DNA of 64,000 nt from Corynebacterium minutissimum (GTDB taxonomy: Bacteria > Actinomycetota > Actinomycetes > Mycobacteriales > Mycobacteriaceae), in NCBI RefSeq assembly GCF_016889765.1, contig NZ_CP069533.1, positions 758,504 to 822,503 of the forward strand, in the 5' to 3' direction. Numbering within the stretch: position 1 is the stretch's first letter; each line of letters begins with the position of its first letter. Positions 1-8,603 of the stretch are shown in pieces. The notes beneath the pieces were generated by a model. The model was given only the letters and a program-made list of their open reading frames with translations. It was not told the DNA's origin and searched no databases. A program made the translations under genes and the position numbers.

Positions 1-597
1 GACCATGACCTCCTCCGGCTCTGAAATCTCTTCCGCGGAGCTCTGCGCCTGTTGGCGGTCAGCGGCCGTGTCCTGCGGGGTATCTTCGGTGGCCCGTAGC
101 GCCTCAGGCATGGGGTCCGTCGGTTCCGACGACGATGCCGCGCTGTCCGACGCCGTATGGTCCACGTCCGGCACCGGCGGGTTCTCCCCCAACCACAACT
201 GCTCCGCGCCGTCTTCTCCATAAGGGGTGCCGATCTTTACCGATGTAATAATGAAACGGTTAAGGTCTAAGCCCACATGGCCGGCCTTAATGTACGTCTT
301 GGAACGATTGCCACCCTGCGGGTCCTTCCATTGGTCGGTGACGATAGAGCCCATGACAAAGATGGGCATACCTTTGCTCAGTGACTTCTTGACGTTGATG
401 GCACACTGGCCCCAGACTTCGGCATCGATAAAGTTGAGGTCGAGCTCGCGCCAGATGGTCTTGCCCTCCTCGGTGGTCTCAGGAACGCTGCGGGAGGAGG
501 CGATGCGGAAACGGGTTTTGTACATCGTCTCGCTGATTTTGGTCAGGTGTGGATCGCTTGTCAGGCGTCCGGTCAGTGAAATGGGATATTGCGACAT
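1..597 (-). CDS. Single-stranded DNA-binding protein family paralog (OB-fold). Partial: the C-terminus runs off the window start.
   Basis: Manual reverse-strand translation from the ATG (complement of 595-597) gives MSQYPISLTGRLTSDPHLTKISETMYKTRFRIASSRSVPETTEEGKTIWRELDLNFIDAEVWGQCAINVKKSLSKGMPIFVMGSIVTDQWKDP..., which is SSB-like. An AAAGGA ribosome-binding site lies 8 nt upstream. There is no stop before position 1, which is why the ORF track omits it. A long acidic Ser/Asp/Glu-rich tail follows. Confidence 0.6.
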   Translation of the reverse strand, partial: MSQYPISLTGRLTSDPHLTKISETMYKTRFRIASSRSVPETTEEGKTIWRELDLNFIDAEVWGQCAINVKKSLSKGMPIFVMGSIVTDQWKDPQGGNRSKTYIKAGHVGLDLNRFIITSVKIGTPYGEDGAEQLWLGENPPVPDVDHTASDSAASSSEPTDPMPEALRATEDTPQDTAADRQQAQSSAEEISEPEEVMV

Positions 598-781
598 TGC
601 GGGATCCTTTACGTGGTTCGTGATGGTGTGTGTAAGGAGGCGTTAAAGGCCTCCCTTGATTCGCATCATTGCCACGTCCCACAGCGCCCGCAATACCCTC
701 GCCGAAAACCTGTGGATAACTTGTTGTAAACGTCAACAAAGTAGGGGTTTTAGGCCCCAAAACTCACAGGCCGCTACACCA

Positions 782-2866
782 TTAGTGCGGGCGGAAACCC
801 GCGTCATCCCCTTCGCTCATCTGCTTGAGCATGGCATTGTAGCTCTCCAGGTCAGCATCGCCATCGACGTCGGCCTTCGCATCATATCGGCGGGCCTGGG
901 CACGGTCCTCACGGAGCCAGTCGATAAACAGCTTGCCAAACACCACCACCAGCGGGAACTGGCCGAAGCCCCATGAAATACCGCCACCGGAGCGCTGATC
1001 CTTGACAAGGTCCGGGTTCCACGGCAGGTTCAACGACTCATAGAACTCCAAGCCCAGGATGGACTGCATCTGCATGAGGTAGACACCGGCAAAAAGGTGC
1101 AGCGGCATCGAGAAGAAAAGGATGGCCAGACGAATCCTCGTCGGCGCGCGCCACGGCAGTGGGTCGGGGCCGATAACCTCCCAGTAGTAGATGTAGCCGG
1201 AAATCAGAAAGACCCAGTTCATGATGACGTGCCCGGCATGTTCTGAGATGGCAACCTCATAGAAGCTCGGGAAAAGGTAGAGCACGTAGAGGAACGTCAG
1301 GAACTGCAGAACATTGACTGCTGGGTGCGTGAGAAAACGCAGGGTACGGGACTTGGTGAGGGCTACAGCGGCGTCGTGAAGCGTTGGCTTGCCAGGCGCC
1401 CCCGGCTCAAAAGCCTCCATCATGAGCGTCACCGGTGCGCCCAGGACTAGGCACAATGGGATGGCCATGGAAAGGATCATGTGCACGAGCATGTGCATGG
1501 AATACAGCGCAGGCATGTACAGGCCAATGCCGTTGCTCAGGATGAGCGTCATCCCCAGCGAACCCAACAGGAACCAGGCGGTCCGCTCGGCCGACCACGT
1601 GAGGCCGCGGCGTTTGAGACGCCACAGCGCATAAAGGTAAAAGCCCGCGAGGACGAGACCCAGTGAGCCAAACATGAGGTCAAAGCGGAACATGGTCCAC
1701 ACGTTGGAGAAAGTGGGGGCGTCGAAAAGCTCATAGCCCACCAGAATCTGCATGGCATTCAAATTCGGGTCACGTGGAGGCGGTGGCGGGGTGCGGCCCA
1801 TGGAAATGGCCACGCCCACGGTGGCGGCCATGATGGCGACCTCCACGATGGACACCCGAATGAACAGGCGCGGGGAACTCTTAAGCTGCGGAATGGTGAT
1901 GCTGCGATGCACGTAACCGACCGCCGCAAGCACCACGGTGAGCACAGCTTTGCTCAACACCAGCAGGCCGTAGCGCGTGGAGAAAAGATCGCTCAGCTCA
2001 ACGCGAATGAAGGCATTGACCACTCCTGTCGCGGCAAGGGCCACGATGGAAAACAGCGCCACAGAGGAGTAGCGGCGCACTGCCACATCCATGTCGGGAC
2101 CGAGGCGGCGGCCGTGGGCAATAAGTCCCATGAGCCCACCGACCCACAACATAATGAAGAAGAGGTGGAGAAGCAGTGAATTCGTGCCATAGTCGTGGTC
2201 ACCGCCGGCCGCGGAGTGGCCTTCCAACCCGAGCGGAACAGTAAGGAGCAACGACAGGAAGAACACGCCTACCTGCCCCGCCCATGTGCGGGCAAGGAAG
2301 CCGACGAGGGACACAAGAGCGGCAATACCAGCGGTAAGCAGCCAGACTTGCGACGCCGCAATCTGCCCCACCGCCATGCCCATCAACTCCGGGTTGAGCA
2401 CCTGGGCAATAGGCGTGCCTGTCAGGTCCGACATCACGAGGGGAACCTCAAGCAAAGACACCCCAGCGGTGCCGACGGCAGCCCAGGCGCCGGTGCGGGC
2501 GGCAATGTGGCCGTCAACGGTAAGGCCGGCCCGAATGAGCTGATCATTGTCCTTTCCCGGGACCGCCGGGTAGATGAAGAAAGCACTGGCCATGAACGAG
2601 CCAATAGAAAGCGCCATCAACATCCACGCGGCTGCACGGAAGAAGGGAAGGCCGAAGGTGGTGATGCGGCCTGGGTCAGGGATGCCCAACGCCGCGAGCG
2701 AGTCCGCGAGGAAAAATAGCGAAATAATTCCGCCGACAAGACCCGCAAAAACGACAAAAGAAAGATTGAGAAGGCGAGAAGATTGGGCCCGTGGACCTGA
2801 TTGTGCGACCGCCGTCACAGGCGCGTGTTGGCCCTGTGAGCTGGCGTTATCTTTCTCTTCGTGCAT
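782..2866 (-). CDS. Copper resistance CopD-like N-terminal domain fused to a cytochrome oxidase assembly CtaG-like (Caa3_CtaG) C-terminal domain. Polytopic membrane protein.
   Basis: The 694-aa ORF has many transmembrane segments. The N-terminal half resembles CopD and the C-terminal half resembles CtaG (e.g. HMLVHMILSMAIPLCLVLGAP). A PPPPP linker sits mid-protein. Confidence 0.55.
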   Translation of the reverse strand: MHEEKDNASSQGQHAPVTAVAQSGPRAQSSRLLNLSFVVFAGLVGGIISLFFLADSLAALGIPDPGRITTFGLPFFRAAAWMLMALSIGSFMASAFFIYPAVPGKDNDQLIRAGLTVDGHIAARTGAWAAVGTAGVSLLEVPLVMSDLTGTPIAQVLNPELMGMAVGQIAASQVWLLTAGIAALVSLVGFLARTWAGQVGVFFLSLLLTVPLGLEGHSAAGGDHDYGTNSLLLHLFFIMLWVGGLMGLIAHGRRLGPDMDVAVRRYSSVALFSIVALAATGVVNAFIRVELSDLFSTRYGLLVLSKAVLTVVLAAVGYVHRSITIPQLKSSPRLFIRVSIVEVAIMAATVGVAISMGRTPPPPPRDPNLNAMQILVGYELFDAPTFSNVWTMFRFDLMFGSLGLVLAGFYLYALWRLKRRGLTWSAERTAWFLLGSLGMTLILSNGIGLYMPALYSMHMLVHMILSMAIPLCLVLGAPVTLMMEAFEPGAPGKPTLHDAAVALTKSRTLRFLTHPAVNVLQFLTFLYVLYLFPSFYEVAISEHAGHVIMNWVFLISGYIYYWEVIGPDPLPWRAPTRIRLAILFFSMPLHLFAGVYLMQMQSILGLEFYESLNLPWNPDLVKDQRSGGGISWGFGQFPLVVVFGKLFIDWLREDRAQARRYDAKADVDGDADLESYNAMLKQMSEGDDAGFRPH

Positions 2867-2942
2867 AGTGGGCAGTGTACCGCCCGCTCTTCTCTCTTAC
2901 CTAAAAGGCAGCAAAGTCTCAGCAATAGGGTAGTCTGCACTC

Positions 2943-3869
2943 ATGGACTCTCGTCAGCTTCACCATTTTCGCACCATCGTGGACCATGGATCGTTCACGC
3001 AGGCTGCGGAGACGCTGCGGCTTACGCAGCCGTCCTTGAGTCTGACCGTTCGCAGGCTCGAGGAAGACCTTAATGTCAAATTACTTTCCCGTGGTCGCAG
3101 TGGTGTTAAGACTACGGAGGCTGGTGAGTTCCTCTATGGAGTCGCTACCTCGATCGACACGCTACTGACCACAGCCACCACGCGGCTAGCGGAAATTGCA
3201 GCGGGAAACGCAGGTTCAGTGACCTTGTGCTCAGCGCCCGAGTTTAACTGGTTGTTTATGCCCACGGTATTGCGGCGTATGCGCGAGCGCGCGCCGCAAG
3301 TCAACGTGTCCTTAAGTGACGTGGAGCCCACCGAGACACTCAAGCGCGTGCTGGAGGGTACCGCAGAGATTGGCATCATCCCCAGCACCAATCCACAACG
3401 CTTCCAGCACATTTACGGCGAGCAGCTGACGATTAACCGCGCGGCGGATATGGAATTCCTCGTAGCTCTCCCCCAGCGCTTGTCCCACCTGCCGGACCCG
3501 GTGCGCTTGTCTGCGCTAACGACAGAAACGTGGCTTCTGCCGCAGCGTTGGACGGAGCTGAGCGGGCTGCCGGAGCTGCTAGACCACCTGTGGTCCACTG
3601 CCCCTGAGTGCAAGCCTGCCACCGTGCAAGAGGTCTCGACTCTGCAGACGGGCCTGCCGCTCGTGGCGGGCGACTACGGCATCAGCCTCATGCCCCACAC
3701 CGCCCAGGCTTTGGGCCAGCGGGGAGTGCACTTCCGGCGCATCGAGGAGCACCTGCCGTCGATGCAGGCCCTGCTCATCCACCGCGCAGACCGGGCGCTG
3801 ACCCCGGCGGCGCAGACGCTTCTCGACGTCCTCCTGGACACCTCCTCCGAGCTTCCCCCAGCGAGCTAG
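2943..3869 (+). CDS. LysR-family transcriptional regulator
   Basis: N-terminal HTH MDSRQLHHFRTIVDHGSFTQAAETLRLTQPSLSLTVRRLEEDLNVKLLSRGRSGVKTTEAG is a classic LysR signature. It is divergent from the CopD-like gene. Confidence 0.8.
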   Translation: MDSRQLHHFRTIVDHGSFTQAAETLRLTQPSLSLTVRRLEEDLNVKLLSRGRSGVKTTEAGEFLYGVATSIDTLLTTATTRLAEIAAGNAGSVTLCSAPEFNWLFMPTVLRRMRERAPQVNVSLSDVEPTETLKRVLEGTAEIGIIPSTNPQRFQHIYGEQLTINRAADMEFLVALPQRLSHLPDPVRLSALTTETWLLPQRWTELSGLPELLDHLWSTAPECKPATVQEVSTLQTGLPLVAGDYGISLMPHTAQALGQRGVHFRRIEEHLPSMQALLIHRADRALTPAAQTLLDVLLDTSSELPPAS

Positions 3870-3911
3870 GTTTCCGGCTCAGTGACGTGCTGCGTTATGA
3901 TGTCTCGGTAC

Positions 3912-3985
3912 GCCTCCATAGCTCAGCGGATTAGAGCAGTGGGTTTCTACCCCATGTGTCGCGGGTTCGAGTCCTGCTGGGGGCA
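3912..3985 (+). tRNA. tRNA-Arg (anticodon TCT)
   Basis: Cloverleaf read by eye: acceptor stem GCCTCCA/TGGGGGC, D-arm TAGCTCAGCGGATTAGAGC, anticodon stem GTGGG/CCCAT with loop TTTCTAC (anticodon TCT), T-arm GCGGGTTCGAGTCCTGC, discriminator A. Confidence 0.8.
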
Positions 3986-3993
3986 CGCAGGTC

Positions 3994-4040
3994 AGAGCCA
4001 CTTTTTGCCGCTTTAATGGGCGGTTAGAAGTGGCTCTTTC
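3994..4040 (+). terminator. Hairpin terminator after tRNA-Arg
   Basis: AGAGCCACTT ... AAGTGGCTCT forms a 10-bp stem with an internal GCCGC/GCGGT sub-stem, followed by TTTCTC. Confidence 0.45.
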
Positions 4041-4052
4041 TCGCTCTCACTT

Positions 4053-4712
4053 ATGCTGAGAAGTATGGATATCACTCTCGCCACGTTTGACCATGCCCCT
4101 GACACTGCACTGAGGGGGAAGCGCTTTCGGAATGCATGGGCGCCGTCGGAAAGCTATGCCCAGTCGCGCCGAGGAGTACTCACCGGCCAATATCCGCAAC
4201 GCGGCGCAACTACACGCATCACGGAGGTCTTCGAGGAAGCGGGCTATGAGATTCGGCAGGACACCGACGAGGTTTCTGCCGCGCAGAACGTGTTCCGGCT
4301 CCTCGAACAACCGGACCCCGCCGCGGTGGCATCACTCGACGGTGTCGTGGCAGTGTGTTCGCTGCAGACCAGCGAGGACGGCACGGCGCCGATGTCGCTG
4401 TTGTGGCCTGGTGTAGCGGAGGACGGCGAGAGCATCGAGCTAGTATCCCCGTTGGACCTTGCGCCGACGCTGGCGGCCATCGCTGGCCTTGACGTGCGTC
4501 CGAACGCCGCACTGTCCTTTGACGGAATCAACCTCGTGCCCTTGCTGCGCTACGGTGCGGCGGGGCATGCGGCGCTCTTCTTCGACAACGGCGTGCGCAT
4601 GATGGACGCCACGCTTATCGACGGCACCTCTACCCCACCCTCCGCCCTCCCGCGATTGCAGGAGGAGTGGGGGCTGTGGAAGAGCTTTATGGACATGGGG
4701 CCGCTTCAGTAA
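4053..4712 (+). CDS. Miniaturised sulfatase-like protein. Only N-terminal and C-terminal sulfatase motifs are retained and the catalytic C/S-x-P-x-R core is not intact. Possible degenerate gene.
   Basis: GKRFRNAWAPSESYAQSRRGVLTGQYPQRG resembles the sulfatase motif GVRFTNAY..SPSRAALLTGRYPHR. LDLAPTLAAIAGLDVRPNAALSFDGINLVPLL resembles the C-terminal sulfatase motif. At 219 aa it is far shorter than the usual 450-500 aa. Confidence 0.45.
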   Translation: MLRSMDITLATFDHAPDTALRGKRFRNAWAPSESYAQSRRGVLTGQYPQRGATTRITEVFEEAGYEIRQDTDEVSAAQNVFRLLEQPDPAAVASLDGVVAVCSLQTSEDGTAPMSLLWPGVAEDGESIELVSPLDLAPTLAAIAGLDVRPNAALSFDGINLVPLLRYGAAGHAALFFDNGVRMMDATLIDGTSTPPSALPRLQEEWGLWKSFMDMGPLQ

Positions 4713-4898
4713 TTACTGGATGGGGATAACAATCCACAAAATGAGGTAGAGCACGACCCCGGAGAAGCCCAAGAGCGTGGCTACAACGAAGAGCACGCGC
4801 ACCAGAGTCGGGTCAAGGTCGTAGGTTTCTGCGATGCCACCGCAGACACCTCCGATCATCGTGTCGGTAGTGGAACGAGTTAGACGCTTGTTATTCAT
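4713..4898 (-). CDS. PspC-domain membrane protein
   Basis: GGVCGGIAETYDLDPTLVRVLFVVATLLGFSGVVLYLILWIVIP matches the PspC domain. Start set at the ATG at 4898, which has an AAAGGAG ribosome-binding site 6 nt upstream. The track's longer form begins at a TTG. Confidence 0.7.
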   Translation of the reverse strand: MNNKRLTRSTTDTMIGGVCGGIAETYDLDPTLVRVLFVVATLLGFSGVVLYLILWIVIPIQ

Positions 4899-5017
4899 GA
4901 TGTCTCCTTTCAACTTCCATTATTCAGAACGAGTGCGGGAAAGGCATCGGGAAAAACCCTGATTTTCCTCTACTCTGGGTGGAAACCTTGACCCCAGAGA
5001 AAGGACGCCGTTTCACC

Positions 5018-5830
5018 ATGGCTCATTCACCCGGACTGCCTGCCCCTACCCGCACGTCCTATGCCCTGCTTACTGGCGCTAGCCAAGGCATCGGTGCCGC
5101 AATGGCCAAGGATTTAGCGGCACGCGGCTACAACGTCATTCTTGTTGCCCGCCGCAAGGACGTCTTGGAGTCCATCGCTGCGGAGCTGCGTTCCCGCCAC
5201 GAGGTCGACGCCATCGCGCTGGCCGCCGACCTCTCCGAGGCTGCCGACGTCTCCCGGGTCATCGACTTCATGTCCGGCAAGGAAATCTCCATCATCGTCA
5301 ACTCGGCGGGCATCGCCAGCTTTGGCAAGTTCATGGACCAAGACTGGGACTACGAGACGCGCCAATTCGACCTCAATGCAAAAGCCGTGCACCGGTTGAC
5401 CCGCGCAGCACTTGATCAGATGCTGCCACGACGAAACGGCGCTATCTGCAACGTTGGTTCGGCCGCAGGAAACGTCTCCATTCCCAATAACGCCACCTAT
5501 GTGTTCACCAAAGCCGGCGTCAATGCTTTCACGGAGGCGCTGCACTACGAGCTGAAGGGCACGGGCGTTAGTTGCACGCTGCTCGCCCCTGGGCCGGTTC
5601 GCGACGCCGTCATTCCGGAGGAAGAGCAATCCATCGTGGACAAGGTGGTACCAGACTTCCTGTGGACCACCTACGAGTCCTGTTCGGAGGAGACTCTCGA
5701 GGCCATGGCTCGCAACCAGCGCCGAGTAGTTCCTGGACCGCTGTCGAAGGCCATGAATGCACTGGGCAAGATCGTCCCTACGCCGATTGCCGCACCGCTC
5801 ATCGGCAGCTTCTATTCCAAGATGGCCTAA
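5018..5830 (+). CDS. SDR-family short-chain dehydrogenase/reductase
   Basis: TGASQGIGAAMAKDLAARGYNVILVARR is a Rossmann motif. Further SDR features are NSAG, S...YxxxK-like (YVFTKAG). Start taken at the ATG at 5018 rather than the upstream GTG. Confidence 0.8.
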   Translation: MAHSPGLPAPTRTSYALLTGASQGIGAAMAKDLAARGYNVILVARRKDVLESIAAELRSRHEVDAIALAADLSEAADVSRVIDFMSGKEISIIVNSAGIASFGKFMDQDWDYETRQFDLNAKAVHRLTRAALDQMLPRRNGAICNVGSAAGNVSIPNNATYVFTKAGVNAFTEALHYELKGTGVSCTLLAPGPVRDAVIPEEEQSIVDKVVPDFLWTTYESCSEETLEAMARNQRRVVPGPLSKAMNALGKIVPTPIAAPLIGSFYSKMA

Positions 5831-5840
5831 ACGCACCACA

Positions 5841-5872
5841 GGCGCCCCTCTCAATTGCCGAGAGTGGGCGCC
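5841..5872. terminator. Bidirectional hairpin between convergent genes (SDR and AGCS symporter)
   Basis: GGCGCCCCTCTC-aattgcc-GAGAGTGGGCGCC forms an imperfect 12-13 bp stem. Confidence 0.4.
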
Positions 5873-5886
5873 TTAATGGTTGAGTC

Positions 5887-7491
5887 TTACTTACCCTGCA
5901 ACGGGGCGTCCTGTGCGATGGCCTTCTGCGCGGCCTCCTCGCGAGCGAGCTTGCGCTCTACCCAGAACTCGGCGTTCTTGATTCCGAGTGCTTCGGGGTC
6001 GAACTGCGGGTCCTTGCCGGCCTTCTTCTGCGCGCTGTAGTCCTTGAGGCACTTGAGTGCCGGGATTTGCAGGAAGAGAATCGCGATGATGTTAAGCCAA
6101 GCAGTTGCGCCCACACCGATGTCACCCAGAGCCCAGGCAGCACCCGGAGTAGAAGTAGCGCCGATAACCACGGAACCCACGAGCAGCACGCGCAGTACCC
6201 ACACCAGAGTTCGACGGGCGACCTTGCTCTTGATCCAGCGGTTGAAGTAGGTCAGGTTAACTTCCGCCATGTAGTAGTAAGCCAGCACCGTGGTGAAGGC
6301 GAAGAACGCAATAGCAATGGCAATGAAGGTTGGACCGAAACCAGAGAGCAGAGTGTCGAGGCCGTGCTGAACATAGCCCGGGCCGACCGCAATATCGTCC
6401 GGAATCGCACCGGCGTAGCGCACCGGACCGTCCTCGGATTCGTTCTCAAAGACCTTGTACATGTCAGTGGAGATGATGATGAACGCGGTAGCGGAACACA
6501 CGAAGAGGGTATCGATGTACACCGCGAAGGCCTGAACGAAGCCCTGCTTCGCCGGGTGGGACACTTCGGCAGCAGCTGCGGACTGCGGGCCCGTACCCTG
6601 GCCGGCCTCGTTGGAGTAAATACCGCGCTTCACACCCCACATGATGGCAGAGCCTAAAAGGCCGGAGAAAGCTTGCTCTGCACCGAAGGCGGACTTGAAG
6701 ATCATGCCGAAGACCTCGGGGATCTGGCTGAAGTTCACAAAGAGAATGATGATGGCGAAGAGGATGTAGGCACCAGCCATGAACGGAACAACGAGGGAAG
6801 CGAAGTTGGCGATGCGCTTGACGCCACCCACGATGATGATGGCGAGCACGCCTGCGAGGACGACGGCGGACCAACCAACGCTAATACCCCATGCATTATC
6901 GACGGCCGCGGCTACACCGTTGGCCTGAATAGCCGGCAGGAAGTAGCTGGTGGCCAGAATCATGGCGACGGCGAACACGCAGCCGTAGACCAACATGAAA
7001 GGGCCTGCCTTGGTGTGCTTGTAGGCCTTCTCGATGTAGTAGGCTGGGCCGCCGCGGTACTCGCCGGTGTCCTGGTCCTTCTCCTTGTAGACCTGCGCCA
7101 ACGTACATTCAACGAAGGACGTCGCAGAGCCCAGCAGCGCCACAGCCCACATCCAGAACACCGCGCCCGGGCCGCCGAAGGCGATAGCGGTGGCGACACC
7201 GGAGATGTTACCCACGCCGACTCGGCCGGCCAGGGAAATCATGAGGGATTGGAAGGAGGAAACTCCGGATTCAGAGCTTTCGCCGTCCTTGAGCTGCTTG
7301 ATCATGTCGGGGATGCAGCGGATTTGGAGAAACTTGGTCACCACGGTGAAGTAGATGCCTGCGCCAAGGCACAGGAAAACCAACACGGGCGACCAAATTA
7401 CTGTGTTGAGTGTGTCGATAAAGCCTGACATCGGAGGAAACCGTCCTTCGGGATTTGTGAGTGCCGTCACTTTTCGGGCTGGATTCATCAT
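5887..7491 (-). CDS. Alanine/glycine:cation symporter (AGCS family, sodium:alanine symporter)
   Basis: A 534-aa polytopic protein. FIDTLNTVIWSPVLVFLCLGAGIYFT and GGPGAVFWMWAVALLG are typical of AGCS. An AGGTGA ribosome-binding site lies upstream of the ATG at 7491. Confidence 0.85.
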   Translation of the reverse strand: MMNPARKVTALTNPEGRFPPMSGFIDTLNTVIWSPVLVFLCLGAGIYFTVVTKFLQIRCIPDMIKQLKDGESSESGVSSFQSLMISLAGRVGVGNISGVATAIAFGGPGAVFWMWAVALLGSATSFVECTLAQVYKEKDQDTGEYRGGPAYYIEKAYKHTKAGPFMLVYGCVFAVAMILATSYFLPAIQANGVAAAVDNAWGISVGWSAVVLAGVLAIIIVGGVKRIANFASLVVPFMAGAYILFAIIILFVNFSQIPEVFGMIFKSAFGAEQAFSGLLGSAIMWGVKRGIYSNEAGQGTGPQSAAAAEVSHPAKQGFVQAFAVYIDTLFVCSATAFIIISTDMYKVFENESEDGPVRYAGAIPDDIAVGPGYVQHGLDTLLSGFGPTFIAIAIAFFAFTTVLAYYYMAEVNLTYFNRWIKSKVARRTLVWVLRVLLVGSVVIGATSTPGAAWALGDIGVGATAWLNIIAILFLQIPALKCLKDYSAQKKAGKDPQFDPEALGIKNAEFWVERKLAREEAAQKAIAQDAPLQGK

Positions 7492-7723
7492 GGCCCATCA
7501 CCTAAGGCCTTCGTGAGTAGAATCATGAAAAAGTTCGGACCCTCTGCTGCATCCACCCACCTCCACACAGCAAACCCCCAGCTCACATCGATTAAGGTGA
7601 CCTACCCCACCGCCTTGAGAAAACCTAAACATGCGGCCACTAGTCACCCCCTTAGGCACCCCCGATAGCGCCCTGAGCCCTGCCAAGAAGGCCGCTACAA
7701 GGGAGGAAACTAAGGTGGGAGCC

Positions 7724-8356
7724 ATGAGTGAAATCCCTACCAAGAATGACCGCCTTGTCTGGATTGACTTGGAGATGACCGGACTCGACCCCAAGCGCCA
7801 CGTCATCGTGGAGGTCGCTGCCGTAGTTACCGACGCCGAGCTCACCATCCTGGACGAAGGCCTCGACCTCGTAGTCCACGCCACCGAGGACGAGTTGGAC
7901 CAGATGGATAACTTCGTCGCCACGATGCACGCCAAGTCTGGGCTCGACAAGGAGATTCGCGAATCCACCGTGACGATTGAAGAGGCAGAGGAAGCGGTAC
8001 TGAGGCTCGTCGAGAAGCACTGCGACCCCAACCACCCCGCTCCGCTCGCCGGAAATTCCATCGCCACCGACCGCATGTTCATCCGCACCTACATGCCGCG
8101 CTTGGATAAAGCCCTGCACTACCGCATGATTGACGTCTCGACGATTAAGGAGCTTGCGCGGCGCTGGCACCCGCGGGCCTATTTCAACCAGCCCGATAAG
8201 GGCATGGCGCATCGAGCCTTGCAGGACATCATCGAGTCCATCCGCGAGCTCGACTTTTACCGCCGTAGTGTCTTCCGCACCGATGAAGGCCCTACGAGCG
8301 AGGAAGCGGAGCAACTGAAGGCTGACACGACCACGGATTACCAGGCGTTTTTGTAA
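7724..8356 (+). CDS. orn: Oligoribonuclease
   Basis: [13 protein letters not shown] is the DEDDh exonuclease motif. A further motif is the second-to-last H, HRALQDI. Start placed at the internal ATG, which has AAGGTGGG upstream. Confidence 0.85.
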   Translation: MSEIPTKNDRLVWIDLEMTGLDPKRHVIVEVAAVVTDAELTILDEGLDLVVHATEDELDQMDNFVATMHAKSGLDKEIRESTVTIEEAEEAVLRLVEKHCDPNHPAPLAGNSIATDRMFIRTYMPRLDKALHYRMIDVSTIKELARRWHPRAYFNQPDKGMAHRALQDIIESIRELDFYRRSVFRTDEGPTSEEAEQLKADTTTDYQAFL

Positions 8357-8404
8357 AATCCCCGGTGTGGGTTAACCTGTATCTCGTTGCTTTCAGGCAA
8401 CGAT

Positions 8405-8481
8405 GGTGGCTGTAGTTCAGCTGGTAGAGCACCAGGTTGTGATCCTGGGTGTCGCGGGTTCGAGCCCCGTCAGCCACCCCA
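8405..8481 (+). tRNA. tRNA-His (anticodon GTG) with encoded G-1 and CCA
   Basis: G-1 followed by acceptor GTGGCTG/CAGCCAC. Anticodon stem CCAGG/CCTGG with loop TTGTGAT. T-arm GCGGGTTCGAGCCCCGT. Discriminator C, then CCA. Confidence 0.85.
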
Positions 8482-8490
8482 AAGTCGCCC

Positions 8491-8527
8491 ACACCGCACG
8501 ATGAAACTCGTGCGGTGTTTGCGTTTT
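8491..8527 (+). terminator. Rho-independent-like terminator after tRNA-His
   Basis: Perfect 11-bp stem ACACCGCACGA/TCGTGCGGTGT with loop tgaaac, followed by TTGCGTTTTCC. Confidence 0.55.
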
Positions 8528-8528
8528 C

Positions 8529-8603
8529 CGGTTGCGGGGTTGGTGAACCTGTTTTAAGCTTCGTGGCCATGGGGGTATTAGAAACCTACTTCCACTACCG
8601 CAA
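8529..8603 (+). repeat. Conserved leader plus 5' coding end of the DUF222/HNH gene family. A second copy lies at 63926-64000.
   Basis: The two copies align directly. About 40 nt upstream of the ATG are roughly 85% identical (CGGTTGCGGGGTTGGTG..CCTGTTTTA..TGG.CATG). The first 35 nt of coding sequence, ATGGGGGTATTAGAAACCTACTTCCACTACCGCAA, are 100% identical. Confidence 0.75.

Noticed and set aside
227-646. 139-aa plus-strand ORF
   Set aside because: It lies entirely antisense to the SSB-like gene that has a ribosome-binding site and clear homology. Its product is low-complexity with no motifs.
6673-7428. 251-aa plus-strand ORF
   Set aside because: Antisense to the AGCS symporter gene. The product is acidic, His/Gly-rich and repetitive.
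8449-8568. Upstream extension of the DUF222/HNH ORF
   Set aside because: It would overlap tRNA-His and its terminator. The second family copy shows conservation beginning only about 40 nt before the ATG at 8569.
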